Notes: a model not told the origin generated them from the letters alone. Shown: positions 8,138 through 17,386, numbered from the stretch's first letter. The stretch is 62,942 bases of DNA from Minisyncoccota bacterium (GCA_041663025.1 JBAZRE010000004.1:1-62942), one strand, 5' to 3'. A program made the numbers and translations.

Positions 8138-8740
8138 CTAATTCGCCGGCAAGTCAATATGTATGAAAGATTTCCTGTGGATAGCACACAGACCATATTT
8201 CTTTAGCGCCTCATAATGTGCCTTCGTACCGTATCCTTTGTGCTTCTCAAAGCTATATTCTGGATATGTTTTAGCGAGCTCGAGCATGAGTCGATCTCGT
8301 GAGACTTTTGCGGCAATAGAAGCAAGCGAGATAATCGGGATAAGCTCATCGCCATTGATGACAGTTTCTTGAGAATATTCAGGTGGTGCATATAAAGACC
8401 CGTCAAGCAGAATGTGGAAGTTTGTGGAAGTCGGACTTCCACAGGTTATGCCGTTTATTCCGCGTGCGACTGCTCGGCGAATGACGACTGCAATACCTTC
8501 TCTATCAATACTTTCAGCACTTTCAAACTCAACAACAAAACGCACCTCACCTCCTTCGGCACGCTTCTCGAGCATCTCAAATATTGCTTCGCGTTTCTTC
8601 TCTGAAAGCTTCTTAGAATCTGCGACGTCAGGGAACTCTTTCGCCACGTCAAGTCCCTCTGACACGGCCACTACACCTACTGATACCGGCCCCGCCAAGG
8701 GCCCCCGCCCTGCTTCGTCTACCCCAATCACGAATCTCAT
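8138..8740 (-). CDS. rnhB: Ribonuclease HII
   Basis: VIGVDEAGRGPLAGPV motif; 200 aa. Confidence 0.9.
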   Translation of the reverse strand: MRFVIGVDEAGRGPLAGPVSVGVVAVSEGLDVAKEFPDVADSKKLSEKKREAIFEMLEKRAEGGEVRFVVEFESAESIDREGIAVVIRRAVARGINGITCGSPTSTNFHILLDGSLYAPPEYSQETVINGDELIPIISLASIAAKVSRDRLMLELAKTYPEYSFEKHKGYGTKAHYEALKKYGLCAIHRKSFIHIDLPAN

Positions 8741-8746
8741 GCAGAG

Positions 8747-8756
8747 AGTATATACT
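8747..8756. promoter_or_regulatory. Palindromic AGTATATACT forming overlapping divergent -10 boxes for rnhB and dnaE
   Basis: TATACT lies 7 nt upstream of the dnaE ATG (8764). Its reverse complement TATACT lies 6 nt upstream of the rnhB ATG (8740). Confidence 0.45.
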
Positions 8757-8763
8757 GAGGTCT

Positions 8764-11700
8764 ATGGCAAGCCGATTTATCCACCTCCACACCCACTCTC
8801 ACTATAGCTTCTTGCAGGCACTACCGAAGGTTGAGGACTTGGTGGAGAAGGCAAAGAAAGAAGGCATGGACGCGATTGCGCTCACCGACACCGGCAACAT
8901 GCACGGCGCGATCGAATTTTATAAAGCCGCCACGGCTGCAGGCGTGAAGCCGATTCTCGGCGTTGATGCCTATCTCGCACCACACTCTCGCCACGGGCGT
9001 GACAAAAATGTTGACGCAAAGCGATCACACATTGTCTTGCTGGCAGAAAATAACGTAGGCTACAAAAATCTCCTCGCACTCGTGACGAAGTCATGGGTTG
9101 AAGGGTTCTATGAGCGGCCACGCATGGACAAAGAATTATTGCGTGAGCATCACGAAGGGATCATCGCGCTCATCCCATCATTTGCCGGTGATGTCGCACA
9201 ACTCCTGCGTGCTGGAGACAGAGATGGAGCCGCGGCGGCGCTTGAAGAATTCAAACAGATATTCGGTGCAGAAAATGTCTTTCTTGAGATCACTCACCAT
9301 CCCAAAGTCGCCGGACACGAAGCTTTGCAGCAACATATAATCACCCTTGCTCATGCAAGCGATACGCCGCTTGTAGCGCAGCACGACGTGTATTACTTAG
9401 AGCCAGACGATCGTGCACCGACCGAGATTATGCGACGCATCCAATTGGGCAACGCGCAACACGCCAATGAAGACGAGGATTTTTCTTTCATCAGTGAGGA
9501 GACTGCAGAAAAGCTTTTTGCCGACACGTCAGAAGCGGTGATGAATTCACGCCATATTGCCGATCGCTGCAACCTTTCCTTTGAACTCGGGAAGTGGACA
9601 TTCCCTTTCGTCCCAGTATCACAGGGATTCAAAAGCCATGATGATGAACTCCGCGCAAAAGCGTATGCCGGCATTCCTTCGCGAGGTCTCGAAGAAACAA
9701 AAGAAGTTATCACGCGCATTGAGTATGAACTAAACATTATCATCGGCAAAGGATTCGCGGTCTATTATCTCATCGTCGCCGACCTACTGCGTTTCGCCAA
9801 GAACACCGGCATCCTCACCACGACCCGTGGCTCAGCGGCAGGATCTCTTGTTGCCTATCTTGTCGGTATTACCAACGTAAATCCGCTTTTCTATAAACTT
9901 CCCTTCGAGCGATTCTTGAATCCTGAGCGACCCAAAGCACCAGATATCGACATGGATATGGCTGACAATCGCCGCGACGATATGATCGCGTATGCCAAGC
10001 AGAAATATGGTGAAGACCGTGTTGCTCAGATCGGCACTTTCGGCACCATGATGGCGAGAGCGGCGGTGCGCGACGTTGCACGCGCGCTTGGCCACTCCTA
10101 CACCACCGGCGATCGCATCGCGAAGCTTATCCCGATCGGCTCGCAAGGATTCCCAATGACGATTGATCATGCGCTTGAGCTTGAACCAGATTTGAAGGCG
10201 CTCTATGACGAGGATGACGAGTCACGCGAAGTAATCGATCTGGCAAAACGCATTGAGGGCTGCGTGCGGCACGTCGGTGTCCACGCGGCGGGCATTGTCG
10301 TCGCACCAACGCCGCTTATCGAATGGACACCGATACAGCCCGACCCCAAGGGCACCGGCAAGCTCATCACGCAATATGATATGTACTCTATTACTGATGA
10401 GTATGGCGGCGTGGGGCTCCTCAAGTTTGACTTCCTTGGTATCAAAAATCTCGCGATTCTTGCAGACGCTGTTACTCGTGTGAAAGAAACGAGAGAAATT
10501 ATTGTTGATATTGAGAATGTCCCCATTGATGATGCGAAAACATATGAGATGCTGGCGCGTGGCGAGACCGAGGGCGTCTTCCAATTAAACGGCTCCGGTA
10601 TGACTCGCTGGCTCAAAGAATTGCGGCCAACTTCTATCCATGATATCAACGCCATGGTCGCACTCTATCGCCCAGGGCCGATGGAAACTATTCCAAATTA
10701 TATTGAGCGTAAGCATAATCCAAAACTCATTCATTATCTGGATCCACGGATGAAAGAATATTTGGATTTCTCGTATGGCATTCTGGTGTATCAAGACGAC
10801 GTGCTCTTGACTTCTATCAAGCTCGCCGGCTATTCGTGGCTCGAGGCAGACTCTCTGCGTAAGGCGATGGGTAAAAAGATTCCTGCAGTCATGCAGAAGG
10901 AAAAAGAAAAATTGTTGAAGGGTTTTATGGAATACGGCAAACTCTCCAAGCAGTTGTCCGAGAAATTGTGGGAGCTGATTGAGCCCTTTGCTGCTTACGG
11001 ATTCAACAAGGCGCACGCCGCAAGCTATGGCAAAGTCGCCTATCAGACTGCCTATATGAAGGCGAACTATCCGGTTGAATACCTCGCGGCGCTCCTCACC
11101 GCCGACTCAGGCGACACCGAGCAAATCGCGATCTTTGTCGCCGAAGCTCTGCGCATGGGCATCAAGGTATTGCCGCCGGATGTGAATGAAAGCGGCACAG
11201 CGTTTACCGTAGTACACGCAGAATTAGCTCGCGCAGATGGATTCATCGAGGGGGCTCCGCAGCGTGACGACGCGAGGACTGAGCAATTTCTTAGTAAAGA
11301 AATTGCGTACCCCGAGAGGAATTCGTCAAGTGAGCTTAACGCCATTCGTTTCGGGTTGTCATCAATCAAAAACTTCGGAGACGGGATTTCAGAAGCGATT
11401 ATTTCTGAGAGAAAAGCGAACGGCTCCTTCAAGACACTCTCTGAATTCTTATCAAGAGTCGGATCAAAGAATCTCAATCGCAAATCACTTGAATCACTCA
11501 TCAAATGCGGTGCGCTCGATTCACTTAACCCCTCGCGCGGGACACTACTTGAGAACATCGAGACGCTTCTCTCCTATCACCGAGAAGCAACGGCCGTTGC
11601 GCCACAAGATTCTCTCTTCGGCGCAGTTATGACCCTACCGGAGCTCGTCTTACCAGCAGGCAAATCAATTTCACTTCTCGACAAACTCGTGTGGGAAAAA

Positions 11701-12051
11701 GAGCTGCTTGGCATCTACATCTCTGGACATCCGCTCGACGCGCACAATGGCATGGTGGAGAAGGCGAAACTCTCTATCACAGAGATCAAAGCAGATCCTC
11801 AACAAGGCAGACTTCTTATTCTGCCGGTACTCGTAGTCTCCGTGCGCGCCTTCCTCACCAAGAGCGGCGAAAAGATGGCGTTCATTAAACTGGAGGACAA
11901 GACAGATTCTATTGAAGCAGTTGTCTTCCCAAAACTTTTTAAAGAACACTCGGCCATCCTCACCCCGGGCGCCTGCCTACTCGTGAAGGGCAAAGTTTCT
12001 ATTAGGAATGGCGAAACCACTCTCGCGATTGAAGAACTCAAACTACTTTAA
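8764..12051 (+). CDS. dnaE: DNA polymerase III alpha subunit
   Basis: PHP domain HLHTHSHYSFL; 1095 aa with typical DnaE layout; OB fold at the C-terminus. Confidence 0.92.
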   Translation: MASRFIHLHTHSHYSFLQALPKVEDLVEKAKKEGMDAIALTDTGNMHGAIEFYKAATAAGVKPILGVDAYLAPHSRHGRDKNVDAKRSHIVLLAENNVGYKNLLALVTKSWVEGFYERPRMDKELLREHHEGIIALIPSFAGDVAQLLRAGDRDGAAAALEEFKQIFGAENVFLEITHHPKVAGHEALQQHIITLAHASDTPLVAQHDVYYLEPDDRAPTEIMRRIQLGNAQHANEDEDFSFISEETAEKLFADTSEAVMNSRHIADRCNLSFELGKWTFPFVPVSQGFKSHDDELRAKAYAGIPSRGLEETKEVITRIEYELNIIIGKGFAVYYLIVADLLRFAKNTGILTTTRGSAAGSLVAYLVGITNVNPLFYKLPFERFLNPERPKAPDIDMDMADNRRDDMIAYAKQKYGEDRVAQIGTFGTMMARAAVRDVARALGHSYTTGDRIAKLIPIGSQGFPMTIDHALELEPDLKALYDEDDESREVIDLAKRIEGCVRHVGVHAAGIVVAPTPLIEWTPIQPDPKGTGKLITQYDMYSITDEYGGVGLLKFDFLGIKNLAILADAVTRVKETREIIVDIENVPIDDAKTYEMLARGETEGVFQLNGSGMTRWLKELRPTSIHDINAMVALYRPGPMETIPNYIERKHNPKLIHYLDPRMKEYLDFSYGILVYQDDVLLTSIKLAGYSWLEADSLRKAMGKKIPAVMQKEKEKLLKGFMEYGKLSKQLSEKLWELIEPFAAYGFNKAHAASYGKVAYQTAYMKANYPVEYLAALLTADSGDTEQIAIFVAEALRMGIKVLPPDVNESGTAFTVVHAELARADGFIEGAPQRDDARTEQFLSKEIAYPERNSSSELNAIRFGLSSIKNFGDGISEAIISERKANGSFKTLSEFLSRVGSKNLNRKSLESLIKCGALDSLNPSRGTLLENIETLLSYHREATAVAPQDSLFGAVMTLPELVLPAGKSISLLDKLVWEKELLGIYISGHPLDAHNGMVEKAKLSITEIKADPQQGRLLILPVLVVSVRAFLTKSGEKMAFIKLEDKTDSIEAVVFPKLFKEHSAILTPGACLLVKGKVSIRNGETTLAIEELKLL

Positions 12052-12053
12052 AT

Positions 12054-13316
12054 ATGCTATATTCTGGGGATATGGATACACCAGAAGGTAAAGATAATGA
12101 CCACAAGAAGCTCGGCAAGGAGCTTGATTTATTTGCTTTTTCAGACGCCGTCGGTAAAGGACTCCCACTTTTCACCCCAAAAGGCGCAACAATCCGCCGA
12201 GAGTTAGAGCGTTTTATTATTGATGAAGAATTGAAACGCGGTTATCTGCACGTCTACACACCTGATATCGCCAAGCTTGATTTGTATATAAAAAGTGGCC
12301 ACTATCCGCACTACAAAGACTCAATGTACGCACCGATTGAAATAGACAACGAGCAATTCATGCTCCGCCCGATGACCTGCCCACACCATTTTGAATTGTA
12401 TTTGCGCAAGCCAGTGAGCTATCGCGAACTCCCCATGCGCATCGCCGAGCTCGCAAAATTGTATCGGTATGAACAGTCAGGTGAGCTGATGGGCTTGCAA
12501 CGCGTCCGCACCTTCTGCCTTGCCGATTCGCACATCATCTGCGCTTCTGAGGAGCAAACGGTGAGTGAAATCGGTGGTGCGCTCGACCTCATTGAATACG
12601 TCACTTCAGTCTTCGGTCTTACTCTTGATATTGATTATCGCTATCGCCTCTCGCTGGGAGACAGGTCAAACAAAACAGACAAATATCATAAAGATGACGC
12701 TGGGTGGGAAAAGGCCGAAGGACTGTTGCGCGAACTCATGCAAAACCGCGGATCAAAGTTTGAAGAAGCCAAGGATGAGGCGGCATTCTATGGACCGAAG
12801 ATAGATGTCCAGATGAAGAACGTAAACGGAAAGGAAGACACGGCATTTACTGTCCAGTACGATCTCTGCATGCCGGAACGTTTTGATCTTGTGTACATCG
12901 GCGAAGACGGCGAGAAACATCGCACGTTTGTTGTCCATCGCTCTTCTATCGGAGCTATTGAGCGCATTATGGCGTTCTTGATTGAGAAATATGCTGGCGC
13001 ATTCCCGCTCTGGCTCGCACCGGTACAGGCCAAGGTGTTGAGTGTGTCAGAAAAGCATGCAGATTATGCGGCAGAAGTTGTAGCGATGCTCAAAGCCGCG
13101 AATATCCGCGTTGAAGTTGATAACTCAAACGAGTCGCTCGGCAAGAAGATCCGTGCCGCGAAGATGGAAAAAATTCCCTACCTCCTCGTCGTCGGCGATG
13201 CCGAAGTCGCTGCCTCAACAGTCACCGCCGAAAGCCGCGATGCGGGCAAACTCGATGCTATGCCTCTCGTCGACTTCATCGCTCGCGCAACTGAAGAAAT
13301 CGAAAATCGAAAATAA
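12054..13316 (+). CDS. thrS: Threonyl-tRNA synthetase, short form lacking the N-terminal TGS and editing domains
   Basis: RPMTCPHH and HRSSIGAIERIMAFLIE...FPLWLAP motifs plus a C-terminal anticodon-binding domain. Only 420 aa. Confidence 0.85.
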   Translation: MLYSGDMDTPEGKDNDHKKLGKELDLFAFSDAVGKGLPLFTPKGATIRRELERFIIDEELKRGYLHVYTPDIAKLDLYIKSGHYPHYKDSMYAPIEIDNEQFMLRPMTCPHHFELYLRKPVSYRELPMRIAELAKLYRYEQSGELMGLQRVRTFCLADSHIICASEEQTVSEIGGALDLIEYVTSVFGLTLDIDYRYRLSLGDRSNKTDKYHKDDAGWEKAEGLLRELMQNRGSKFEEAKDEAAFYGPKIDVQMKNVNGKEDTAFTVQYDLCMPERFDLVYIGEDGEKHRTFVVHRSSIGAIERIMAFLIEKYAGAFPLWLAPVQAKVLSVSEKHADYAAEVVAMLKAANIRVEVDNSNESLGKKIRAAKMEKIPYLLVVGDAEVAASTVTAESRDAGKLDAMPLVDFIARATEEIENRK

Positions 13317-13320
13317 CAAA

Positions 13321-14367
13321 CTAAAAATTGATTTCCTTTGTAGAACCATCTTCGAAGATGCTGATCTCTTGAAGTTTTTTATCTGATGTTAATGTACTGC
13401 TGGCGATAATCCCGCTGTATATCACTTCGATTTTTTGTAATGTACTGGTGGCTGAAATATAAATGTGTCCTTGATCAAACACCAGCGTAGTACTGTCTTT
13501 TATGTTTTTAATTGTTTCTAACGAAGAAACATCATTCGGGCAGGCACTATACGTGGTGATCAAATTTTTGTGAAGTTCATAAACTGTCGTTAATCTTTCT
13601 CCTCGAGCATTAAACAAGTATTTGTTTTCCTGCAAATCGTTCCCGTAACAAAAACGACTATTCGCCGTAGGCAACACAGTTTTGTCATCAGAACAATGTA
13701 CACTGAAATTTTGTGTCGGAGTTGTGCTACTTATAGCGTTACTAGGAAATAATTTGTTGTAAAGTTTTTTTGTTACCAGAGAATCTGCTATCCCTAGGAA
13801 ACGAGCGTTGGAAATGTTTTCATCCGCAAAAGAATATTTGCTATCGTACCAACCGTTCTGATCGTTAGCGGTTTCAGGATGAAATATGTACGTTGAATTC
13901 TTGATGCTATCCGACAATTCAATTTTGCATGTAACTTCTAAATTTCTACAAGAAGCTGGCGTGTCATATTGACAAGAGGGTCCCGCATTATTACCACCAG
14001 GCGTTATTTGGTCTTCGTATGCTTGTGTAGTGGTCGCTACAGTCGGTGTCGTTGTGGTAGTGAGTGACGGCAATGTAATGAGACCATATGAATACGCCGC
14101 ATAGGCGCCTCCGGCGCCGAGGAGAAGCAGGATGAGGATAATCACCGTCGCCCACATGCCTTTATGGCTGCGAGAAGCAGCAGGTGGAGTGGCTGCTTGT
14201 GCGGTATGTTCACTTTCAATCGCAAAAAACGCGTCGTCTAAATCCTGCACGTTCCATCCTTTGGCAGAAAGGTTCTGTTTAATAACATCCTTAGCAATCC
14301 CCGCCCCTAATTGTTGGCGTATATAGGTCTGAAGTTCAGGTGTGATCATACCCATATTAAAACACAC
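13321..14367 (-). CDS. Membrane-anchored extracytoplasmic protein (hypothetical)
   Basis: 348-aa ORF: short N-terminal cytoplasmic segment, one TM helix (WATVIILILLLLGAGGAYAAY), Thr-rich linker, Cys-containing ectodomain. Confidence 0.65.
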   Translation of the reverse strand: MCFNMGMITPELQTYIRQQLGAGIAKDVIKQNLSAKGWNVQDLDDAFFAIESEHTAQAATPPAASRSHKGMWATVIILILLLLGAGGAYAAYSYGLITLPSLTTTTTPTVATTTQAYEDQITPGGNNAGPSCQYDTPASCRNLEVTCKIELSDSIKNSTYIFHPETANDQNGWYDSKYSFADENISNARFLGIADSLVTKKLYNKLFPSNAISSTTPTQNFSVHCSDDKTVLPTANSRFCYGNDLQENKYLFNARGERLTTVYELHKNLITTYSACPNDVSSLETIKNIKDSTTLVFDQGHIYISATSTLQKIEVIYSGIIASSTLTSDKKLQEISIFEDGSTKEINF

Positions 14368-14408
14368 CTTTGCCTATCAATTTCTAAAAATCCACCATCG
14401 CGAGCCTT

Positions 14409-14429
14409 TATCAAGGTGAGACCTTGATA
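14409..14429. repeat. REP-like hairpin family B, copy 1 (TATCAAGG-TGAGA-CCTTGATA)
   Basis: Perfect 8-bp stem with a 5-nt loop. Identical copies at 14458..14478 and 15173..15193. Confidence 0.85.
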
Positions 14430-14457
14430 TTCACCACTACAGTAATTACCGAGGCAT

Positions 14458-14478
14458 TATCAAGGTGAGACCTTGATA
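14458..14478. repeat. REP-like hairpin family B, copy 2
   Basis: Identical 21-mer, 10 nt upstream of the RAYT-B start. Confidence 0.85.
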
Positions 14479-14488
14479 TAATTACACT

Positions 14489-15172
14489 ATGCCAAACCGA
14501 GATCCTTTTGGAGTTGATGAATGGTATCACTGTTATAATCGCGGCGTTGATAAGAGGACAATTTTTGAAGATGCGGGAGACTATAACCGATTTATGTTGT
14601 TATTGTTCCTAGGGAACAGTCCTGAGCCTATTCACATAGCAAACCTGAAAGATCCAAATTTGCATATAGTGCTCAAGGATCCGTCGATAGAATACGGGGA
14701 GCCATTGGTAGAAATAGGTGCGTATGTTCTTATTCAAAACCACTTTCATCTCCTCTTAAAAGAGGTTAAAGAGGGCGGTATTGCGACATTCACACAGCGA
14801 ATTTTTACCGCATATACCATGTATTTCAACAAGAAAAATGAAAGAACTGGAGCACTCTTCGGTGGAGCCTTTAACTCTCGACATCTTGATGATGATCTCT
14901 ATCTCAAACAAGTTGTCTCCTACATTCACCTGAACACTGCAGAACTTTTTGATCCAAAATGGAAAAATGGTCTGGGAGATCTCAAAAAGATTGAAGAGGG
15001 AGTGTCTAAGTATCCTTATTCGAGTCTCCCTGACTTTTTAGGTCAGAAGCGTCCTGAACGAAAGATACTTGGCGACTCTATTTTTGAGTTGTTTGAAACA
15101 ATCCCGACATTACAAGAAATGATTAGGGACGCCAATGCATATTACGCAGAGCACCCAAAGAGTGACATGTAA
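14489..15172 (+). CDS. RAYT-like HUH/Y1 transposase (COG1943 / IS200-like), paralog B
   Basis: WYHCYNRGVDKRTIFEDAGDYNRF, HUH motif NHFHLLL, Tyr motif SYIHLNTA; 227 aa. Confidence 0.8.
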   Translation: MPNRDPFGVDEWYHCYNRGVDKRTIFEDAGDYNRFMLLLFLGNSPEPIHIANLKDPNLHIVLKDPSIEYGEPLVEIGAYVLIQNHFHLLLKEVKEGGIATFTQRIFTAYTMYFNKKNERTGALFGGAFNSRHLDDDLYLKQVVSYIHLNTAELFDPKWKNGLGDLKKIEEGVSKYPYSSLPDFLGQKRPERKILGDSIFELFETIPTLQEMIRDANAYYAEHPKSDM

Positions 15173-15193
15173 TATCAAGGTGAGACCTTGATA
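15173..15193. repeat. REP-like hairpin family B, copy 3
   Basis: Identical 21-mer that abuts the RAYT-B TAA stop. Confidence 0.85.
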
Positions 15194-15197
15194 TTTT

Positions 15198-15227
15198 TTA
15201 AAGGTCGACTGTCGCAAGTTTGGCGTT
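15198..15227 (-). other. Second, synonymously recoded copy of the last nine gyrB codons plus stop (NAKLATVDL*)
   Basis: Minus-sense aacgccaaacttgcgacagtcgacctttaa compared with the gyrB end aatgcaaagcttgctacggttgatctttag. Same peptide; 7 of 9 sense codons differ only at the third position. Confidence 0.7.
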
Positions 15228-15229
15228 TG

Positions 15230-15245
15230 TCCGCCAGCTGGCGGA
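15230..15245. repeat. Perfect 16-nt palindrome TCCGCCAGCTGGCGGA between the gyrB stop and the recoded copy
   Basis: Read directly from the sequence; it occupies most of the 28-nt spacer. Confidence 0.8.
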
Positions 15246-15255
15246 GGATGAAGGA

Positions 15256-17322
15256 CTAAAGATCAACCGTAGCAAGCTTTGCATTACTTTGAATGAAACT
15301 TTTACGTGCGGCGACGTCGGTACCCATGAGGATATCGAAGATACGATCGGCTGCCTCAGCATCTTCAACGTTGACGCGCTTTAGGACGCGGCGTTCTGGG
15401 TTCATCGTGGTCTCCCAGAGCTCGCTCGGATTCATTTCGCCGAGACCTTTGTAGCGCTGAATATTTACTTTTGTTGCTTTTTTTGCAGCTACTACTTCCT
15501 CTGCCGCTTCGTCTGAAGATTCGGCCTCATCACCCTCGCTAATCAACACCACCTCATTTGCTGCGGCACCAAACTCCTTCAAAACTGCTTCTTTTTCTTT
15601 ATCAGAATAGGCATACGCGCTCGCCTTCCCCTTCGTTATTTTATAGAGCGGCGGTTGGGCGATATATACAAACCCACCATCTATAATTGGCTTAAAATGT
15701 CTATACAAAAGAGTTAGGAGAAGCGTGCGGATGTGCGCGCCATCGACGTCAGCATCAGTCGCGATGATGATCTTGTGATAGCGCAGCTTCGAGAGGTCAA
15801 AGACGTCGCCGATGGCGGTACCCATGGCGACAATGAGCGCACGGATCTCGACCGACGCGAGCATGCGATCAAGGCGAGCGCGCTCGACGTTGAGGATCTT
15901 ACCGCGCAAAGGCAAGATTGCTTGTGTGCGGCGATCTCTGCCCTGCTTGCTCGATCCGCCGGCCGAGTCTCCCTCCACAATGAAGAGTTCACCCTCTTCG
16001 GCGCTCTTGGTCTGGCAGTCTGCTAGCTTACCTGGCAAAGTCATGCCCTCAAGTGCGCCCTTACGCAGCACAGAGTCCTTTGCTGCCTTTGCTGCCTTGC
16101 GCGCCTTCAATGCGAGCGAAACTTTATTGATAATAGCGCGTGCATCATCTGGATTCTCCTCAAGAAATGCCGCGAGCGCCTCACCGAAGACGGTTGCAAC
16201 CGCGCCCTGTGCTTCAACAGAACCAAGCTTCGCTTTGGTCTGTCCTTCAAACTGAATCTCAGCAAGTTTTACCGACACGACAGCAGTGATGCCCTCAAGC
16301 ACATCATCACCAGTGAAGTTTTCGTCCTTTTCTTTCAAAATATTCGAATTCCTGCCATAGGTGTTGAGCGATCGTGTGAGCGCTGTCTTGAAGCCAGTGA
16401 TATGCGTACCGCCCTCAGCGTTGTAAGTATTGTTTGCGAAGGCAGTGATGCGTGAGACGATATCGTCGACATATTGGAAGGCGACTTCGACTGAAACCTT
16501 ATCGATCTCGCGATCGATATAGAAAATGTTTTTGTGCACCGGCGTCTGATGCTTGTTGTGGAATGCGACGAGCGACTTGAGGCCGCCTTCAAAATAAAAG
16601 GTTGTCGATGGGACGCCGAGATTTTGTTCACGCAAGAAAACGGTCTCGGTCTCAAAGGCGTCTTTGTTATTATGCGCATCAACTATCGAGATGCGCACAC
16701 CCTTCACCAAGTACGCCTGCTGGCGCAGATGCGCGACTATCTTTTCCAAATTCCATTCAATACCCTCCTTAAAAATAGTCGCGTCTGGTTTGAAGAGAAC
16801 AATCGTGCCATGTTCTTTGCTGGTGCCAATTTTCTTTACCTTGTGAATTGGTTTACCAATTTTATATTCCTGCACGTGCATGCCGCCGTCTTGATGCACC
16901 ACAACCTTGGTGTGCTCCGAGAGTGCGTTCACCACAGATGCGCCAACGCCGTGCAAGCCTCCAGAGACCTTATATGCCTCATTATCAAACTTACCGCCTG
17001 CATGAAGCGTCGTCATGATCGTTTCCAACGCAGAAACTTTTGTTTTGGGATGAATACCAACCGGAATACCATTGCCATTATCGGCAACGCGCACATAGCC
17101 ATCAGGCAGGAGCGCTACCTCAATGTCGTCACAGCGTCCGACCATCGCCTCGTCGCGTGCGTTGTCGAAGATCTCCCAGACCAAGTGATGCAGGCCATCG
17201 GGCCCAGTCGTGCCGATGTACATCCCCGGGCGCTTGCGCACCGGCTCGAGCCCCTCGAGGACGGTAATAGACGAGGCATCGTACGCCTTCTTTTTAGGTT
17301 CTTTTTCAGGGGTTTTAGGCAT
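15256..17322 (-). CDS. gyrB: DNA gyrase subunit B
   Basis: SSITVLEGLEPVRKRPGMYIG and Toprim EGDSAGG motifs; 688 aa. Confidence 0.93.
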   Translation of the reverse strand: MPKTPEKEPKKKAYDASSITVLEGLEPVRKRPGMYIGTTGPDGLHHLVWEIFDNARDEAMVGRCDDIEVALLPDGYVRVADNGNGIPVGIHPKTKVSALETIMTTLHAGGKFDNEAYKVSGGLHGVGASVVNALSEHTKVVVHQDGGMHVQEYKIGKPIHKVKKIGTSKEHGTIVLFKPDATIFKEGIEWNLEKIVAHLRQQAYLVKGVRISIVDAHNNKDAFETETVFLREQNLGVPSTTFYFEGGLKSLVAFHNKHQTPVHKNIFYIDREIDKVSVEVAFQYVDDIVSRITAFANNTYNAEGGTHITGFKTALTRSLNTYGRNSNILKEKDENFTGDDVLEGITAVVSVKLAEIQFEGQTKAKLGSVEAQGAVATVFGEALAAFLEENPDDARAIINKVSLALKARKAAKAAKDSVLRKGALEGMTLPGKLADCQTKSAEEGELFIVEGDSAGGSSKQGRDRRTQAILPLRGKILNVERARLDRMLASVEIRALIVAMGTAIGDVFDLSKLRYHKIIIATDADVDGAHIRTLLLTLLYRHFKPIIDGGFVYIAQPPLYKITKGKASAYAYSDKEKEAVLKEFGAAANEVVLISEGDEAESSDEAAEEVVAAKKATKVNIQRYKGLGEMNPSELWETTMNPERRVLKRVNVEDAEAADRIFDILMGTDVAARKSFIQSNAKLATVDL

Positions 17323-17349
17323 AAAAATAGCCGCTTTTCGGTTACCTCT

Positions 17350-17358
17350 AGTATAGCA
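17350..17358 (-). promoter_or_regulatory. Extended -10 promoter element TGcTATACT upstream of gyrB
   Basis: Minus-strand TGCTATACT about 27 nt upstream of the gyrB ATG. Confidence 0.4.
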
Positions 17359-17386
17359 TATTTTGAGGTGTTTTGCCCCTTAAAAA

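Noticed and set aside
14651-14700. Degenerate internal family B hairpin inside RAYT-B (CTCAAGGATCC...), by analogy with paralogs A and C
   Set aside because: Only a 6-nt half-site (TCAAGG) is present and there is no complementary arm, so it cannot be distinguished from chance.
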